From assembly GCA_964016885.1 (NCBI GenBank), contig OZ024742.1, positions 81,530,001 through 81,594,000 of the forward strand: a DNA stretch of 64,000 nt. Direction: 5' to 3'. The stretch comes from Eledone cirrhosa (Eukaryota). Position 1 is the first letter of the stretch. Each line of letters begins with the position of its first letter. Under the pieces are notes generated by a model. It was given only the letters and a program-made list of their open reading frames with translations, had not been told where the DNA came from and made no database searches. Positions 1 to 14,100 of the stretch are shown in pieces. Made by a program: the position numbers and the translations under genes.

Positions 1-2189
1 TACACACCATATGCAAAAAGTGTGTCCCGCAGAAAGAGGCAAACAGACACAAAAATCTTATTCCCAGAGATAGGAAAATCCTTATGAGACGTAGAACTAA
101 ACTCTCAAACCAGTTGAATAGTCAACAAAACCAAAACAAGAAGGAATCCTATTTGAAACGTGCACTACTTGACACCGAGATTGCACTCAAGCTTTCACAT
201 GAGAATGAGAGGGCAAGGAAAGAGAACAGGGCCATAGAAAACATTAAAACAAACCCTAAGGCCTTCTTTAAATTTGCAAAAGAAACTGCCTCAGTACACT
301 GCAAGATTGGACCACTCTTCCACACGGACGGTTCATTAACCGAAAATCCCCAAGAGATATGTGAAATACTGAACGAACAGTACAAAAGTGTCTTCACATG
401 TCCACTGAGGCACATGCAAATAACGAAGCCAGAGGAGTTCTTTGATGCCACAACACTACATCAAGAAATGGCAACCATCAACCACATAGACATAACGGAA
501 GAAGATGTGGTGTACGCCATTGATGAAATTAGAACAGACTCGGCTGCTGGACCTGATGGATTCCCAGCAGTTCTCCTAAAAATATGTAAGCGGGCCTTAG
601 CAACTCCACTGAAGATGCTCTTCAGAAGCTCCTTGGCTAGCGGTGTACTACCCAGGGAGCTGAAAGAAGGCACAATATGCCCTATCCATAAAGGAGGTAG
701 TAGAGCGGAGGCCAAGAACTATAGGCCAGTCTCCCTGACGTCGCATATCAGTAAGGTCATGGAGCGAGTCGTCAGAAAGAAACTAATCACTTTCCTCGAA
801 GAAAATGACCGCCTGACTAGCACGCAACATGGCTTCCGCCCAGGAAGAAGCTGCCTTACACAGCTGCTACATCACTACGACTGGGTACTGAGACAGCTAC
901 TAGACAGCTAACATGTAGACGTGATATATCTTGACTTTGCGAAGGCCTTTGACAAAGTCGACCACGGAATGATATGTCACAAACTACACGGACTCGGCAT
1001 AACTGGAAAAGTAGGTGAGTGGCTGCATGGCTTCCTGAGGGACAGAAGCCAGGCAGTCGCAGCAAATGGGGCCCTCTCGAGGGAAACACCGATAACAAGT
1101 GGGGTGCCTCAGGGGACAGTCCTGGGACCCCTACTGTTTTTGGTGGCTCTCTCGGACATGCCCTCTGTGGTGCATGCAACAACATCCCTCACTAGCTATG
1201 CTGATGACACTAAGGTAGCACAGGCAATCAAAAACCCGGCTGACGCTGCCCTCTTACAGCAGGATCTGGATGCCATATACAGATGGGCGGAAGAAAACAA
1301 CATGCAGTTTAATGCTGGCAAATTCCAAGCCCTACAATACAAACCTGCAAACACAAACACAAATATAGCGGAACACAGCTACACAGGACCAGGAGGGACC
1401 GATATCCCCGTGTCAAAATCGATACGAGACCTGGGCATAGACATGAGCGATGATGCATCTTTTTCTTCACACATCATGAAGGTGGCGACAGCATGTAGAC
1501 GATTCGCTGGCTGGATCTTGAGGACTTTCCATACAAGAGATCGAGACACCATGTTGACACTGTGGAGGACTTTTGTCCTAAGCCGCCTGGACTACTGCTC
1601 CCAGCTGTGGTCACCCCATAGTGTCAAACTAACCACAGAGCTTGAAGCAATCCAGCGAAGCTACACCAAGAGGATTGCCAAGATGAGGGAGACAAGCTAC
1701 TGGGAGAGGCTGAAGGAACTGAACCTCTACTCCTTGGAGCGAAGACGGGAGAGATACGCAGTGATCTACATGTGGAAAATCCTGGAGGGACTAGCACCAA
1801 ACTTTGGCATTGGGAGCTGGACCAACCGTCGAACAGGACGTCACTGTGTGGTGCCAAAAGTCCCGTCTTCCACATCTAGAATAAGGAACAGGTATTGCAA
1901 TAGCCTGGGATTCAAGGGCCCTCAACTCTTCAACAGGCTGCCGAGGCATCTGCGAGACTTGCATGACGTGGAGGTGGATGTCTTTAAGAAACATCTCGAC
2001 ACCTTGTTATCCAGGATCCCGGATGAGCCCACAGCAAGACACGAGGGAAACCTAAGGGCAGCAGCAACAAACTCCCTCCTACACCAGTGGCCAACCTATA
2101 CAGGCTGGAGATAAAATGTGTAGCAACAAGGGCGGTGCCCCAACATGGCCTCAGCAGGATGGCTGAAACAGGTAAAAGAGTAAAAGAGT
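1..2189 (+). mobile_element. CR1-type LINE, 3' part (5' end lies outside the window), ending in a short tandem-repeat tail next to (TA)n
   Basis: RT motifs NYRPVSLTS, QHGFRPGRSC, YLDFAKAFDKVDH, GVPQGTVLGP, YADD and C-terminal LNLYSLERRRER; short 3' UTR with TCAGC..GCTGA hairpin then GTAAAAGA GTAAAAGA GTA. Confidence 0.85.
84..2114 (+). pseudogene. LINE ORF2 reverse transcriptase interrupted by one in-frame TAA (909-911)
   Basis: ORFs 84..911 and 921..2114 are in the same frame and give continuous RT motifs. Confidence 0.85.
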
Positions 2190-2245
2190 ATATATATATA
2201 CACATATATATATATATATATATATATATTTTTGTGGTTTTTCAC

Positions 2246-2277
<32 letters not shown>

Positions 2278-2293
2278 TTTTGTGGTTTTTCAC

Positions 2294-2325
<32 letters not shown>

Positions 2326-2429
2326 TTTTGTGGTTTTTCACATATATATATATACATATATATATACACACATATATATATATATATATTTTTGTGGTTT
2401 TTCACATATATATATATACATATATATAT

Positions 2430-2493
<64 letters not shown>

Positions 2494-2522
2494 GTATATG
2501 TTTATATGTATATATATGTATA

Positions 2523-2594
<72 letters not shown>

Positions 2595-2623
2595 TATACA
2601 TATATATACATATAAATATATAC

Positions 2624-2713
<90 letters not shown>

Positions 2714-2817
2714 ATATATATATGTATATATATATATGTGAAAAACCACAAAAAAAAATATATATATATATGTGTGTATATATATATGTATATATATATA
2801 TGTGAAAAACCACAAAA

Positions 2818-2851
<34 letters not shown>

Positions 2852-2993
2852 GTGAAAAACCACAAAAATATATATATATATATATATATGTGTATATATA
2901 TATGTATATATATATATGTGAAAAACCACAAATATATATATATATATATATATGTGTATATATATATGTATATATATATATATGTGAAAAACC

Positions 2994-3029
<36 letters not shown>

Positions 3030-3084
3030 ATATATATATGTATATATATATATGTGAAAAACCACAAATATATATATATATATA

Positions 3085-3138
<54 letters not shown>

Positions 3139-3147
3139 TATATATAT
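2190..3147. repeat. (TA)n-based compound satellite with inverted arrangement of a TTTGTGGTTTTTCACA motif
   Basis: 4 forward copies (about 2231, 2279, 2327, 2391) and 6 reverse-complement copies (about 2737, 2801, 2851, 2917, 2983, 3053) embedded in TA repeats. Confidence 0.9.
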
Positions 3148-3956
3148 CTCGGGAGTGTAACTTGAAGTAACTGCAGGTTCACCCGGGTGAGCACATCCTT
3201 TCAATATATATATATATATATTTTTTTTTTTTAAATTTAAATATATATAAATATATATGTGTATATATATATACATAGATATATATATATACATGTATAT
3301 ATATATATATGTGTATGTATATATATACACATATATATATATATATGTATAAATATATATATATATATATATATATAGCATAAAACATGTCTATAAAATC
3401 ACCAAATAAAATATATACCGTTTCCTCTCCCAAGTAACATAATTAACTATATAAAAAATCAATTAGACCAAGCTATAAGAATAAAGACTCCTATGAAGAA
3501 ATCTTCGACGAATAACCGAAAGCAGCCCTTCGCGGCGGTTGCGACGGAGTATTTATCGAGTATTTCGACAGCGTGTATAAATCGACCAGATATACAGTCA
3601 ACTAAACAGAATTAGGTGTGAAATAAACTAGAAGAAAAGTGTACATATGTAGTTACCTCTACCATGGTTTCATCCACATTTTATGATATCCGATAACATT
3701 GGAAATCTAGAGCTTCGATTCTTCAGGAGTTAGCTCAAATTTAGACAATCAATTTTCCAAAGTGATCGCGCCAAGAATACACAAAAAAATGGCTAAGAAT
3801 CGTGACGTGGCAGCGGTTAAGTTAGAAAGGATGTGATTAGTCGCTTACGGCTGGTAGGCTTTTTGCTAGAAAGCGCAGACATGTTTTACGATATATAGTT
3901 CTAATTATTTATTTTATTAATTCTTCATTGAGCCACATTGACCCGTTGCGAAACAC

Positions 3957-4298
<342 letters not shown>

Positions 4299-4429
4299 TG
4301 AAAAACCACAAACTCTCCATCTCAATTCTTCTTTTGAAAAGCAGAACTGCGAAACCGGTAAAGTCACCAAATAAATATATATAAAAAAAAAAACTCTAGT
4401 TGCATTTCCGATTTCATCATTTTTCCTTA

Positions 4430-5845
4430 TCTCTATATACATAAAACGGAAGATGTATGTCTGTATGTGTGTATGATTGTTATGCATTTCCACATTTCTC
4501 TACCGATTTTGATGATCTTTTTCCCAATATGCTCCAAATGTACCAACGATAGTCAACGCGTAATACACTTTGCCAAAAGTTTCCTGCTTCTATGAAAAAA
4601 ATTGATACAACTAATTCATGCTGTAACCCTCGCTCTTACACGCTTATCCACTCTTTCTACTACCCAACGGCGACAACACTTCGTTCAGGAACGCGACATA
4701 AACTTTGAAAACTAAACAACACATCATTTTATACAACAAACATAGTCATAACGCTCTCTCCGTCGCTCTTCCCTCTCTCTACAATATATCATTCCCCCTC
4801 TCGATAATTTAACTGCTTTACTCTCTTCATGCTTTGAGGTTTAACACACCTCCCTATAGTTTCTTAGCTTTATTCCGTCTCTCTATAATAGATTATTCCC
4901 CCTCTCTATAATTTAACTGATTTACTCTGTCTGTCACTCTTCACTCTCTATATGATAACACTGTTTTACACACCTCCCCATAGTTTCTTAGCTTTAATCT
5001 CTCCATCGCTCTTCCCTCTCTCTATAATAGATTATTCCCCATCGCTCTAATTTATCTGCTGGGGGAGGCATTGGAGTTCCGTATTGACATACGGCTTTTT
5101 TGGGGTATTTTAAATTGGCTTATTGCAAATAACAACCCGCAAAAAAACACTTCATATAACAGATTAATGCTATACACATATGAATCGGATTGGTTAAATT
5201 ATTTATTTTTTACGACTTTAATTGGTTAAATATTAATATGACAACACCCATAGTGTTGTACTTCTGGCAATTCTGCCGAATACACTACCTTGGATGAAAC
5301 TTTTCCCCTCGGCGTCAGATATCCCGTTCGATTTCCGGCGATCCCAATTTCTGGTGAGACCATGTTTTGCCATGTCCATTAAAAAATCACAAGGGCAAAC
5401 CTTGTCGGTGGCGGGCATCCATTTGAGGGAGCCATGCTTCTCCCATGTCCAACTTTATGTTGCCTGTTCCCACGTAGGGAGCAGAATCGACTTTTTGCTT
5501 ACACTCCTCAGAGGTGCTATAGATGTTGGTGCAGGTGTTGGAGGTGTTGGAGTTATGCCGTCTGGAAAACTATTTCCTGGTAGGGTCACCAATGGCGGAC
5601 AGATCTGAAAGCCAGCGGCATCAGGACCACCATCTTGCAACTTTGGTCTGCTAATTTCGCTATTGGAAGATTATTAACCCATCATTGATTGTCCAAAATG
5701 CTAATTGGTTCGTAACTTTTAATAACCGGTTCAACTGCTTTATGCACTTAATTGATAAGCTTATTCACTTTCAAGCCACGTTTACCTGTATGTAACTTTT
5801 CATAGCCAATGAACAAACCCGGGAAACGCCGGGCTAAACTGCTAG
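4430..5845 (+). mobile_element. Non-autonomous Helitron
   Basis: A|TC start at 4430 followed by a TGTA/TGTC-type microsatellite; 3' hairpin CCCGG-GAAACG-CCGGG (5818-5833) then CTAG|T (5842-5846); internal helicase remnant. 5' end is less certain than 3' end. Confidence 0.8.
5310..5490 (+). pseudogene. PIF1-like Helitron helicase C-terminal fragment
   Basis: RRSQFLVRPCFAMSIKKSQGQTL...PCFSHVQLYVACSHV matches SF1 helicase motifs V/VI (QFPVRLAFAMTINKSQGQ...FSHGQLYVACSRV). Confidence 0.85.
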
Positions 5846-6895
5846 TCTATATATATATATATGTGTGTGTGTGTGTGGCTATGGTTGTGTGTGGTTGTAT
5901 GTGTAGGTGTGTGTATGTGCGTGCGCGCGTGCGTGTGTGTACGTGTGTGTGCATGTGCGTGTGCGTGTTTATGTTTATGTGTGTATGTGTAAATATTTAT
6001 TCCTAATAACATTGGCAAATATGACAATAATAATATATTGAATCGATCTTTAAAAAATAAATTTATCTGTAAATACGTTATTACAGAATTGGAGCAAATT
6101 CCTTTGAGGTGTCTATACGAGAAGGGCTTTACAAATGAACATATTGATATATATTGATTTGTTTTGGGATAGAGATTCTGTTGTATGCATAAAATCTTTT
6201 TTCAATCAAATACCACACATATACGCATGTAACAAATGCACAATTCGAACATATGCACAATTCGAAGTGCTTATAAATACGCACTCGCACGGCTCATAAA
6301 TGTTAATACTTGTATATATATCAAGTGCAACTAATATTAGCATTCTGTAATATGATTGTAAAAAGGTGTTCTATCAAATATCTTGCAGAATAGTTCATAT
6401 AAATGTAGTTAGCATTCAAATATTGGGCCTAATAATCCAGAGCCCCAAGTTGTTGATCGCATAATAACTTCTATACAAGATAATTCATATATAGGGAGAA
6501 ATGTTAAAACGTTAGGGGTTCTTTAATATCAAGTGTTATATGTAAACTACAATGACTGATATTCTTGGTATTTAGAAGATTTGTCTATTAGTATACCAAG
6601 TAATTTTACGATTATTTATATACTTTTCATATTATATATTTTCTTTTACTGGTTTCCACTGTATTAATAGCCTTTTCACAAATATTTTCGTTGCAGTTTT
6701 TCGAAGAATGTTTTTAATTTCCAATTATCTCACGTGGTTGTTCCATTATGTTTTGCTAAAATCAAAGGATGCAACTTGTTTTATCATTGTCGCTTATATC
6801 GAGAATATGATTTGTTACAAAAGAACTAAATTCAGGCTTTATTTATTGTAAAAGAAATATTTCATGTGTTTGAAAAATTGAGTTTTGACATGAAT

Positions 6896-7425
6896 TTACA
6901 TAATAACAATTCTTATTAATATCTTTATCATTGTGAAATTTAAATAACACTGGTCGAATGGGAAAATATCGAAATTTAGCAGAATTCCTCCTCTACATTT
7001 CTCTATAAGTTGGGTTAGAGGGATATTTCTGGTGTGCGGGTTCTTGATTTTTTTAACGTGAACTATCATTTGGCGCCAGACTGAACGGCTTCTTTCTCCT
7101 ATATAATATTTGTGGAAGCCTCTATACTTTATAATGTATCTTAGATTATCAGAATTGCACGAGAAGTCATTTAACATTTTAAAGATGTTACTGTGTTTGA
7201 AATTAAATTTATTTCACTTTAACAGGTAGTTGCATATTCCACAGTTAAGTTAAGCACTTTATAATTCCGTTTTCTGTTTTTTGGTAACTGTTTTCAGTTT
7301 TGCATTCGATTTATGATTGGGTGTTTTACAATATGTATTTGCTTCTTTTGTCCTTTAGTATCATAGATAGCTGTGGATATTCTGGTTAATATCATTGATG
7401 GAGGTTTGAAATATGTTTTTTTTTA
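6896..7425 (-). mobile_element. Decayed Penelope-like element fragment (GIY-YIG endonuclease)
   Basis: FSCNSDNLRYIIKYRGFHKYYIGERS..R...H..FDIFPF resembles the PLE GIY-YIG pattern SC.S.NLIY.I.C.GC...YIG.T. Confidence 0.65.
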
Positions 7426-7429
7426 TTCT

Positions 7430-7960
7430 AGGATTCACGCCTCATAATATGAAGCAGTCGTCCAAGTAATTTATGAGTCAACGTGGTACATTTGCGAAGC
7501 GCGGGATATTTGAAAGTGTGGTTGTGACATACCATTATTTCGGGTAAAAAAAACCTTAAACGACCTGCACAGGTACAATGTATATACAGACAACAGAACA
7601 AACAACCCTGTCCGGTAGATGCATGAAACATAGTGTACCAGTATAACTTTACAACAAGCATAGGGACATGCAAATACGTGGGGAAAAACATCTACCTTTT
7701 CGAGAACACATATTATGCGCACAACAATTCTTTCAAAATTCCTTTGACTCACAAATCCAACGAGTTGGCTAACAAATATGGTATTTAAAACTTGTATAAA
7801 TGGTGTACGAGCTGTCCTGGTAAATTCTACTCTTTCGTCCTATCGAGTCACAAAGTGGATTGTGATCTTTGTGTGAGGGAAGTGTTGACAATTCTGACCG
7901 GGAAGAATTTACTGAAATCTGGACATGATAGACTATTCAAATGTAAAGATAAATAGTTAA
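7430..7960 (+). mobile_element. Decayed Penelope-like element fragment of a second type (GIY-YIG region)
   Basis: Frameshifted translation CPVD..NIVYQYNFTTSIGTCKYVG...YYAHNNSFK...CDLCVREVLTIL parallels the C-termini of the PLE ORFs ending at 28013 and 32812. Confidence 0.6.
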
Positions 7961-8729
7961 AACCGTTCTGTATATATAGTTTAAGATAATATATTATAAG
8001 ATACTAGAACTCCACTTCAATTTTTATGTTAATAAACATTTCTTTAGACTGGCTGATTTGTATGACAAAGAAGACTGGCGCCAAATCTAGTATGTTTATA
8101 TCTCAGTTATCTCTAATATTCCCTTTTTGTTTATTGTATTAACGTAACCCTTATATAAAACTGTTAGCTGAAAATGGCCTTCAACATTTGAAATTCTATT
8201 TTCTAATTCTAGTCAGTTTTACTCTTTTCTCTTTCTTAATTTTCCTTTTTATTTTTTATTTTTAAAGATCATTTTTCCTTTCTTATATTACTAGTCTGAC
8301 TAACTCCTTTTGATTACCAACTGTAAAGATTACTCGATACTTCCCCTAGTCTGTCATGGCTTAAACGGATGTTTAAATTGAATAAATAAATAAATTATGC
8401 AGCTTATTTTCATAACAATAAACGATACCATTTCCTGACATGGTCTGCCTTGAACTATAGAATTAATTTATCTCAGCCTGTAAGATTACTTACTCTGTTA
8501 AAACCATGAATATTTGACGCTCATGGGCTAATGTCAATTTCAATTCCTCCATTTTCATATTCTACTCAAATATACGTAAATAAGCGAATGAGCGAATACA
8601 ACAAAATATTTCTATATGCAGCCCTCGTAGATATTTATTTAATCGGTAACGAAAGACCTGTTAGCTTATTGGATCAAGTAAATTTTTCAATAAACATGAC
8701 ATCACACCAAGCCTGTTTTTCGTAACATT

Positions 8730-9530
<801 letters not shown>

Positions 9531-9531
9531 G

Positions 9532-9748
9532 AATGTAATCTCTAAGTGTGTACTGCCACTCTAAATGCTGTAATGAATGTTGACCCACAATATTTGCCTA
9601 TGTATCTGTATGTCTCTTGGGTGAAAAGGAGGTCACATAACTGTTCACTCATTAATAAATTGCTCCGTAGAATCCAAACCTCGGTTTGGAGGAACAGTTG
9701 TAAGCATAAAAATGTTTTAAACAGTTCTTTGATTCTTATAATTCATAT
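9532..9748 (+). mobile_element. Solo terminal fragment of the Penelope-like family at 24-29 kb, including a degraded hammerhead motif, flanked by (TA)n
   Basis: Clear similarity to 25111-25347 (AATGTAATCTC.AAGTGTGTACTGCCACTCTAAAT ... CCAAACCTCGGTTTGGAGG ... ACAGTTCTTTGATTCTTATA). Confidence 0.85.
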
Positions 9749-10168
9749 ATATACATATATATACGTTTTACGTTTGGGTATAGATGCAATAAAATTCAAT
9801 GCATAAATTAGATGTATAAATATGTTTTCTTGTTACCACCATGAAGCTGCATCGATAATTGGATGGCGTTTTTCCCATGATTACAACACGTATCAAATTA
9901 TTAAAGGTAGAAAATGATTGAGTAAATATTAAATATATTTTATAGCAAGAGTTCATCGCATTGAACATCGTTAAATATTTTGAAAGAAGACGGACGGACA
10001 TTTTGCGGAATTAATTTCACAAATTGCACATAATCGACTAATGAAAATATTGTGAATTGCACCTAAGTTTGTATATTACAGCTCATCAATCGGATTAAGG
10101 CCACTGTCAACTTTGGATATAGCTATTTTTATGAAATTCACTAAACCATATATATATATATATAAGTG

Positions 10169-10218
<50 letters not shown>

Positions 10219-10585
10219 TGTATTTATGTATATATCTATATGTATATATATATAATCTTAATGATTCGAATATTGATAATGATATTCGATTCGTTCGCAA
10301 TTAAGCAAACAACCCCCATTTTAAAGCATAAAAATGAGGCTTGTTTGCATAATTGCAATGAATCTAATATTATTATTAATATTCGAAATACTTACATTGT
10401 ATTTATTGTATTCAGCCTAGAAGAGCGAATTGTTTTTCCTTATATATATATATATATGTATGTATCTTTGCCTGATTAACAAGTTTTAAAGCAGACCGGG
10501 TCTATATCATTAATATAGATTCTGAGCAACCCATCTGTGAAACATCGGTTTCTTTTCAATATATATATATATATATATATGAAAA

Positions 10586-10992
10586 AAGTTTGTCCTTCAT
10601 CAGTGGCCTTCCAACTGTCGTAGGCATTTCATCGCTTTAAAGGCATATACCTCAGGTTGGTGCGATCAACGGCTAAAAAAAGTCGTTGGGACACGTAAAT
10701 AAAGGGGACGCTAGGGTAAACAAACACCTCACATTTCAACCAGGTTTGATGGTCTTTATTCTCTCGTTCACGATTCCACCGAATTTATATTCATAGAAAT
10801 CTGGGACTTGTTTCTTTCTTCTTCATCACTTTCTGTTGCTTAAACCATTTTGATTTTTTACCCTAGCGTCCCCTTTATTTACGTGTCCCAACGACTTTTT
10901 TTAGCCGTTGCTCGCACCAACCTGAGGTATATGGCCTTTAAAGCGATGAAATGCCTACGACGGTTCGAAGGCCACTGATGAAGGACAAACTT
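10586..10992. repeat. Fold-back element with ~135-bp inverted arms
   Basis: 10586-10720 is the near-perfect reverse complement of 10857-10992; each arm ends outward in CTGATGAAGGACAAACTT. Confidence 0.9.
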
Positions 10993-11061
10993 GTTCATAT
11001 GTAACCCATTTGCAACGCCGCAGCACCATTATTATCATATATATATATATATACATTTTCA

Positions 11062-11106
<45 letters not shown>

Positions 11107-11125
11107 ATCAGTATCCAGTTGGACA

Positions 11126-11193
11126 AGAATAAGAATAAGAATAACAATAAGAATAACAATAATAAGAAGAAGAATAGTAAGAATAAGAATAAT
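11126..11193 (+). repeat. Mixed (AAT)/(AAG) microsatellite at the 5' flank of Dong-type element A1
   Basis: AAGAATAAGAAT...AATAATAAGAAGAAG. Confidence 0.9.
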
Positions 11194-11194
11194 A

Positions 11195-14100
11195 CACGAG
11201 GTGACGGAGGTCATGAAATCGCTCCCGTAAGTTTTGAATTTTTAACATATTTAAATCATTTGTGAAATAACAACTCTTAGTACAAATGCTACGTAAAGCA
11301 CCCGGCTTGAGCCCCAAAAAATTCGGACCCAAAATATATTGTTATAAGGCTCAAATATCCAAATATTCAACTTTGTATTGTACACTGTATATCCAAAAAA
11401 GAAAATGGCTATAAATGGAAGAAGAACCCCCCCCCCCCTCCTCTCTCCTCTCCTCTGGCTACACTATATAGGACAGCCAAATTCACCAACACCAGAAACT
11501 AGATACACCACCCACCCCATCATCTGTGTACACTAAACACAACAGCCAGATAACGGCATTTTCACCCTCACCGCCACCGCTCACTACGGCCATCATTACC
11601 ACCACTATCCCATCACCGCCGCCACCACCCCTTGACTCCTTCACTAATGCCACCGCTACAGCACCATCACTACAGTAATACGGTCACATCACCGCCACCA
11701 CTGCCTCGGTATCGACATCACCACCACCACTGTCTCAGTATCGCTACCGCCGCCAGTCTCTCACTCCTCCCTGCTGGCTGCTACTTCCACATTATAGAAT
11801 TCCTTCTACTAACAAAGAGGAAGACATCAAAATATATAGATAGACTCAAAAGAAAAAAGAAAAAACAAACAACAAAACCAAAGCAGCACAGCAACAACAG
11901 CAAAAACGAGAAAAACAAACAGAGAAAAACAAAAACCAAAAAAGAGACCCCCAAAACGTAAAGAAAATAAGAATGAAGAGAGAAGCAGGCGGACGGACAG
12001 AGAAGAGGGGGGAAAAAGTAAAACTTAAAAAACTAAAACTAAGTCAGACATTCGAACACTACATTACAATGAAACTTATGCTTATTCATTTTTGGGGCCC
12101 TTTCTGCCTGTGTGTTTGTTTGTTTATGTGTGCTCGTATACAGCGTGGTGATAATGCCACACAAGGGCCAAGTGGAATGGCGGATCCACAGATGGCTATG
12201 TAACTATACATTCGCCAATCCTCGATAAGAGTGTTTAAATATCGAACATAAACAGTTCGAATAACGGTGAAATGGAGACTAGAACGTCATGTGACAGACT
12301 CTCACCCAACAGGTGCCCCCTGGCTCAGCAGCAGGAACCTGACTGTCAACCAAATACTGCTGATGTTGGAGGAAGAAGAAGAAGGAAAAGGGCCAGAACC
12401 AACTGGACGAAAGAATTGAATAGAACTGTTATGCAATGCTACCTGAAAAGTAACCCCAAGGAGAGGGGCTACAGGAGACGGATGCATAACATCTGGAACG
12501 AGATTGGTTTATTTAAATTAGATGAACAAAAATTGGCCGGGCAGGCTCGGGTAATAAGAACTAATGGGTGGATAAGCGAGCTGGAACTGGTGGAACTGAG
12601 CAGAGAGAATGGCTTGGAGATGGCGGGTGTAGTATGCCAGACAAGCGAGCCAGTGGGAAATGAAGGTGAAGAGGTCCTGAGAACGGAGGAACCACCCGAA
12701 GCAGACAATGATCTGAATACTGAGATAAATAATACCTGGAACAGAGATACGGCCACTGAGAAGATGAATGCTGACGGGCTAGGACAAGATTCGGTTGACA
12801 TCCTAAATTTAGTGGTAGATGAATTGAACAATGATAGTGGGAGACCTATGAACCTAAGATTTGTAGACAGGAAAAAGTTAAAAGAAACAACAGCTAAGGT
12901 AAACAAAGTCATCCCATACCTTGAGGCGAGGAGCCTTCACCAGTGCAACAATATCCTCAAAGCAACAGCAAATACGGTGAGGAAACTACTTTGTATAAAA
13001 GCGAGAGGAAACAACAGACAAGAAAGAGCAGAGCCGTGGTGGAAGAAGCGACTGAGTGGGCACATCGGGGAAATGAGGAATGACATAGGAAAGCTTGAGT
13101 CACTACTGAATGGGACACTAAAAAACATAGGCACTAAAAATAGACTGGAAATAAAATACAAAACTAGGAGTAAAAAGCTAAATATTATCATAGAGGAATT
13201 GAAGCAACGCATTGTAGCAAAGAGTGCAAAAATCAGGCGATACGAGAACAGAGTCAGTCAGTATAAACAGAACCGCATGTTCGACAACAACCAGAAGATG
13301 CTGTTTGGACAGCTTGAGGGGAAAGAAAGAGGCAACGACTTGATCCCTGGGGCGGAACAAACTAAAACATTCTGGAGAGGAATATGGGAGCAGGATGTTA
13401 GACACAATGCCCAGGCAGGGTGGATTGAGACAGTACAGAGGGAGATCGGTGAGCAGGCACAACAACAAACTGATTTGAGTATCACAGTTGAAACTCTTAA
13501 GGGGCAAGCCAAAAAACTAACCAACTGGAAATCACCAGGCCCAGATGGTGTGCAGGGGTATTGGATTAAACATTTAACATCCCTCCACCCGAAGCTGACG
13601 GCCATGTTCAATGACTGCTTGGTGTCGGGTGAGGTGCCAGAGTGGTTGACAAAAGGTACCACAGTTCTGATAATGAAAGACCGAATCAAGGGTAATGATG
13701 TTACCAACTATAGACCTATCACATGTCTGTCCGTAATGTGGAAACTGTTGACGAGCATTGTGTCTGAGGAAATCTACCACCACCTCCACACAAACAACTT
13801 GTTACCGGACGAACAGAAAGGATGCCGAAAGAAGTCACGTGGTACAAAGGACCAGTTACTTATTGATAAGATGGTAATGGGGAATTGCAAGAGGAGACAC
13901 ACTGATCTTGCCATGGGATGGATAGACTACAGAAGGGCATTTGAGATGGTGCCTCATTCCTGGATCACCAAAAGCCTGGAGATCTTCAGGGTGGCAGATA
14001 ACATCAGACAGTTGCTAGGCAGGAGTATGGGGTCCTGGGAGACAGAGTTGACATCAACTGGAGTATCCTTGGGAAGCGTGAAGATCAAGAGAGGTATCTT

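Noticed and set aside
2229-3070. Repeat-spacer pattern resembling a CRISPR array
   Set aside because: Spacers are only TA repeats, orientation flips, no cas genes, eukaryotic context
7605-7645. TGA near a conserved Cys position in a Naiad-like relic (possible selenocysteine)
   Set aside because: The same bases read TGC ATG (C-M) in the adjacent frame, matching ECMQSN in the 32.4-kb copy, so it is a frameshift; the better-preserved PLE ORFs have ordinary Cys codons and their stops are TAA
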